DNA from: a virus
Reading direction: 5' to 3' (one strand)
Length of the DNA stretch: 64,000 nt
Virus record (IMG/VR): IMGVR_UViG_3300044959_000131
Coordinates: 1 to 64,000 of that record
Shown here: in pieces, positions 63,822 through 64,000 of the stretch
How the letters are laid out: each line of letters begins with the position of its first letter
Position numbering within the stretch: the first letter of the stretch is position 1
Notes under the pieces: model-generated
Told to the model about the DNA's origin: nothing
Databases searched by the model: none
The model's input: only the letters and a program-made list of their open reading frames with translations
Made by a program: the position numbers and the translations under genes

Positions 63822-64000
63822 ATGGCTACTGCTATCCTGTCCGCACTGGCCGCTCTCTTTGGCCTCATCAGCACAGCCCTGACTTCTGGAGTGAATACGC
63901 TCAAGAAGGAGAACGAGGCTCTCAAGAAGGAGAACGCCGACCTCAAGGCTCAACTACAGTCGGCCAAGGAGACGGCGGCGACCGAGCTCAATGAGGCTAT
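63822..64000 (+). CDS. membrane-anchored coiled-coil protein (i-spanin-like), truncated by window end
   Basis: MATAILSALAALFGLISTAL followed by LKKENEALKKENADLK; not in the supplied ORF track. Confidence 0.55.
   Translation, partial: MATAILSALAALFGLISTALTSGVNTLKKENEALKKENADLKAQLQSAKETAATELNEA

Noticed and set aside
1-64000. CRISPR array, rRNA, diversity-generating retroelement, integrase or IS element
   Set aside because: I saw no regularly spaced repeats, rRNA signatures, reverse transcriptase, template/variable repeat pair or transposase motifs.
1-64000. Stop-codon reassignment
   Set aside because: Long genes are intact in the standard code, all three stops are used, and no suppressor anticodon is present.

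Overview
This is a 64-kb segment of a large, probably jumbo, tailed dsDNA phage with myovirus-like baseplate genes, read in the standard genetic code. It has three blocks. (1) Positions 1-8786, + strand: mostly small hypothetical genes, plus a GroES-like co-chaperonin, a HAD-family phosphatase, a CHAP/NlpC-P60-like hydrolase, a ribbon-helix-helix regulator, a P-loop kinase and a Hanks-type protein kinase. (2) Positions 8816-28350, mostly - strand: a tightly coupled Ycf46-type AAA ATPase / DUF1257 / DUF2997 / DUF3150-like module; a dispersed array of 13 tRNA genes interleaved with YkgJ-like, HNH, GNAT, DUF6745-like, response-regulator and dCMP deaminase genes; an unexplained ~300-nt structured non-coding region between two tRNAs; an ATP-dependent DNA ligase; and an intein-containing class II ribonucleotide reductase behind a riboswitch-like leader. 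(3) Positions 28473-64000, + strand: a virion/tail cluster with tape-measure-like, hub-like, baseplate wedge/J-like and beta-helix tail-fibre genes, a sigma-70-type factor and candidate lysis membrane proteins. I recognised no capsid, portal, terminase, rRNA or CRISPR array. Family names come from motif recognition and need HMM confirmation; secondary structures were paired by hand.
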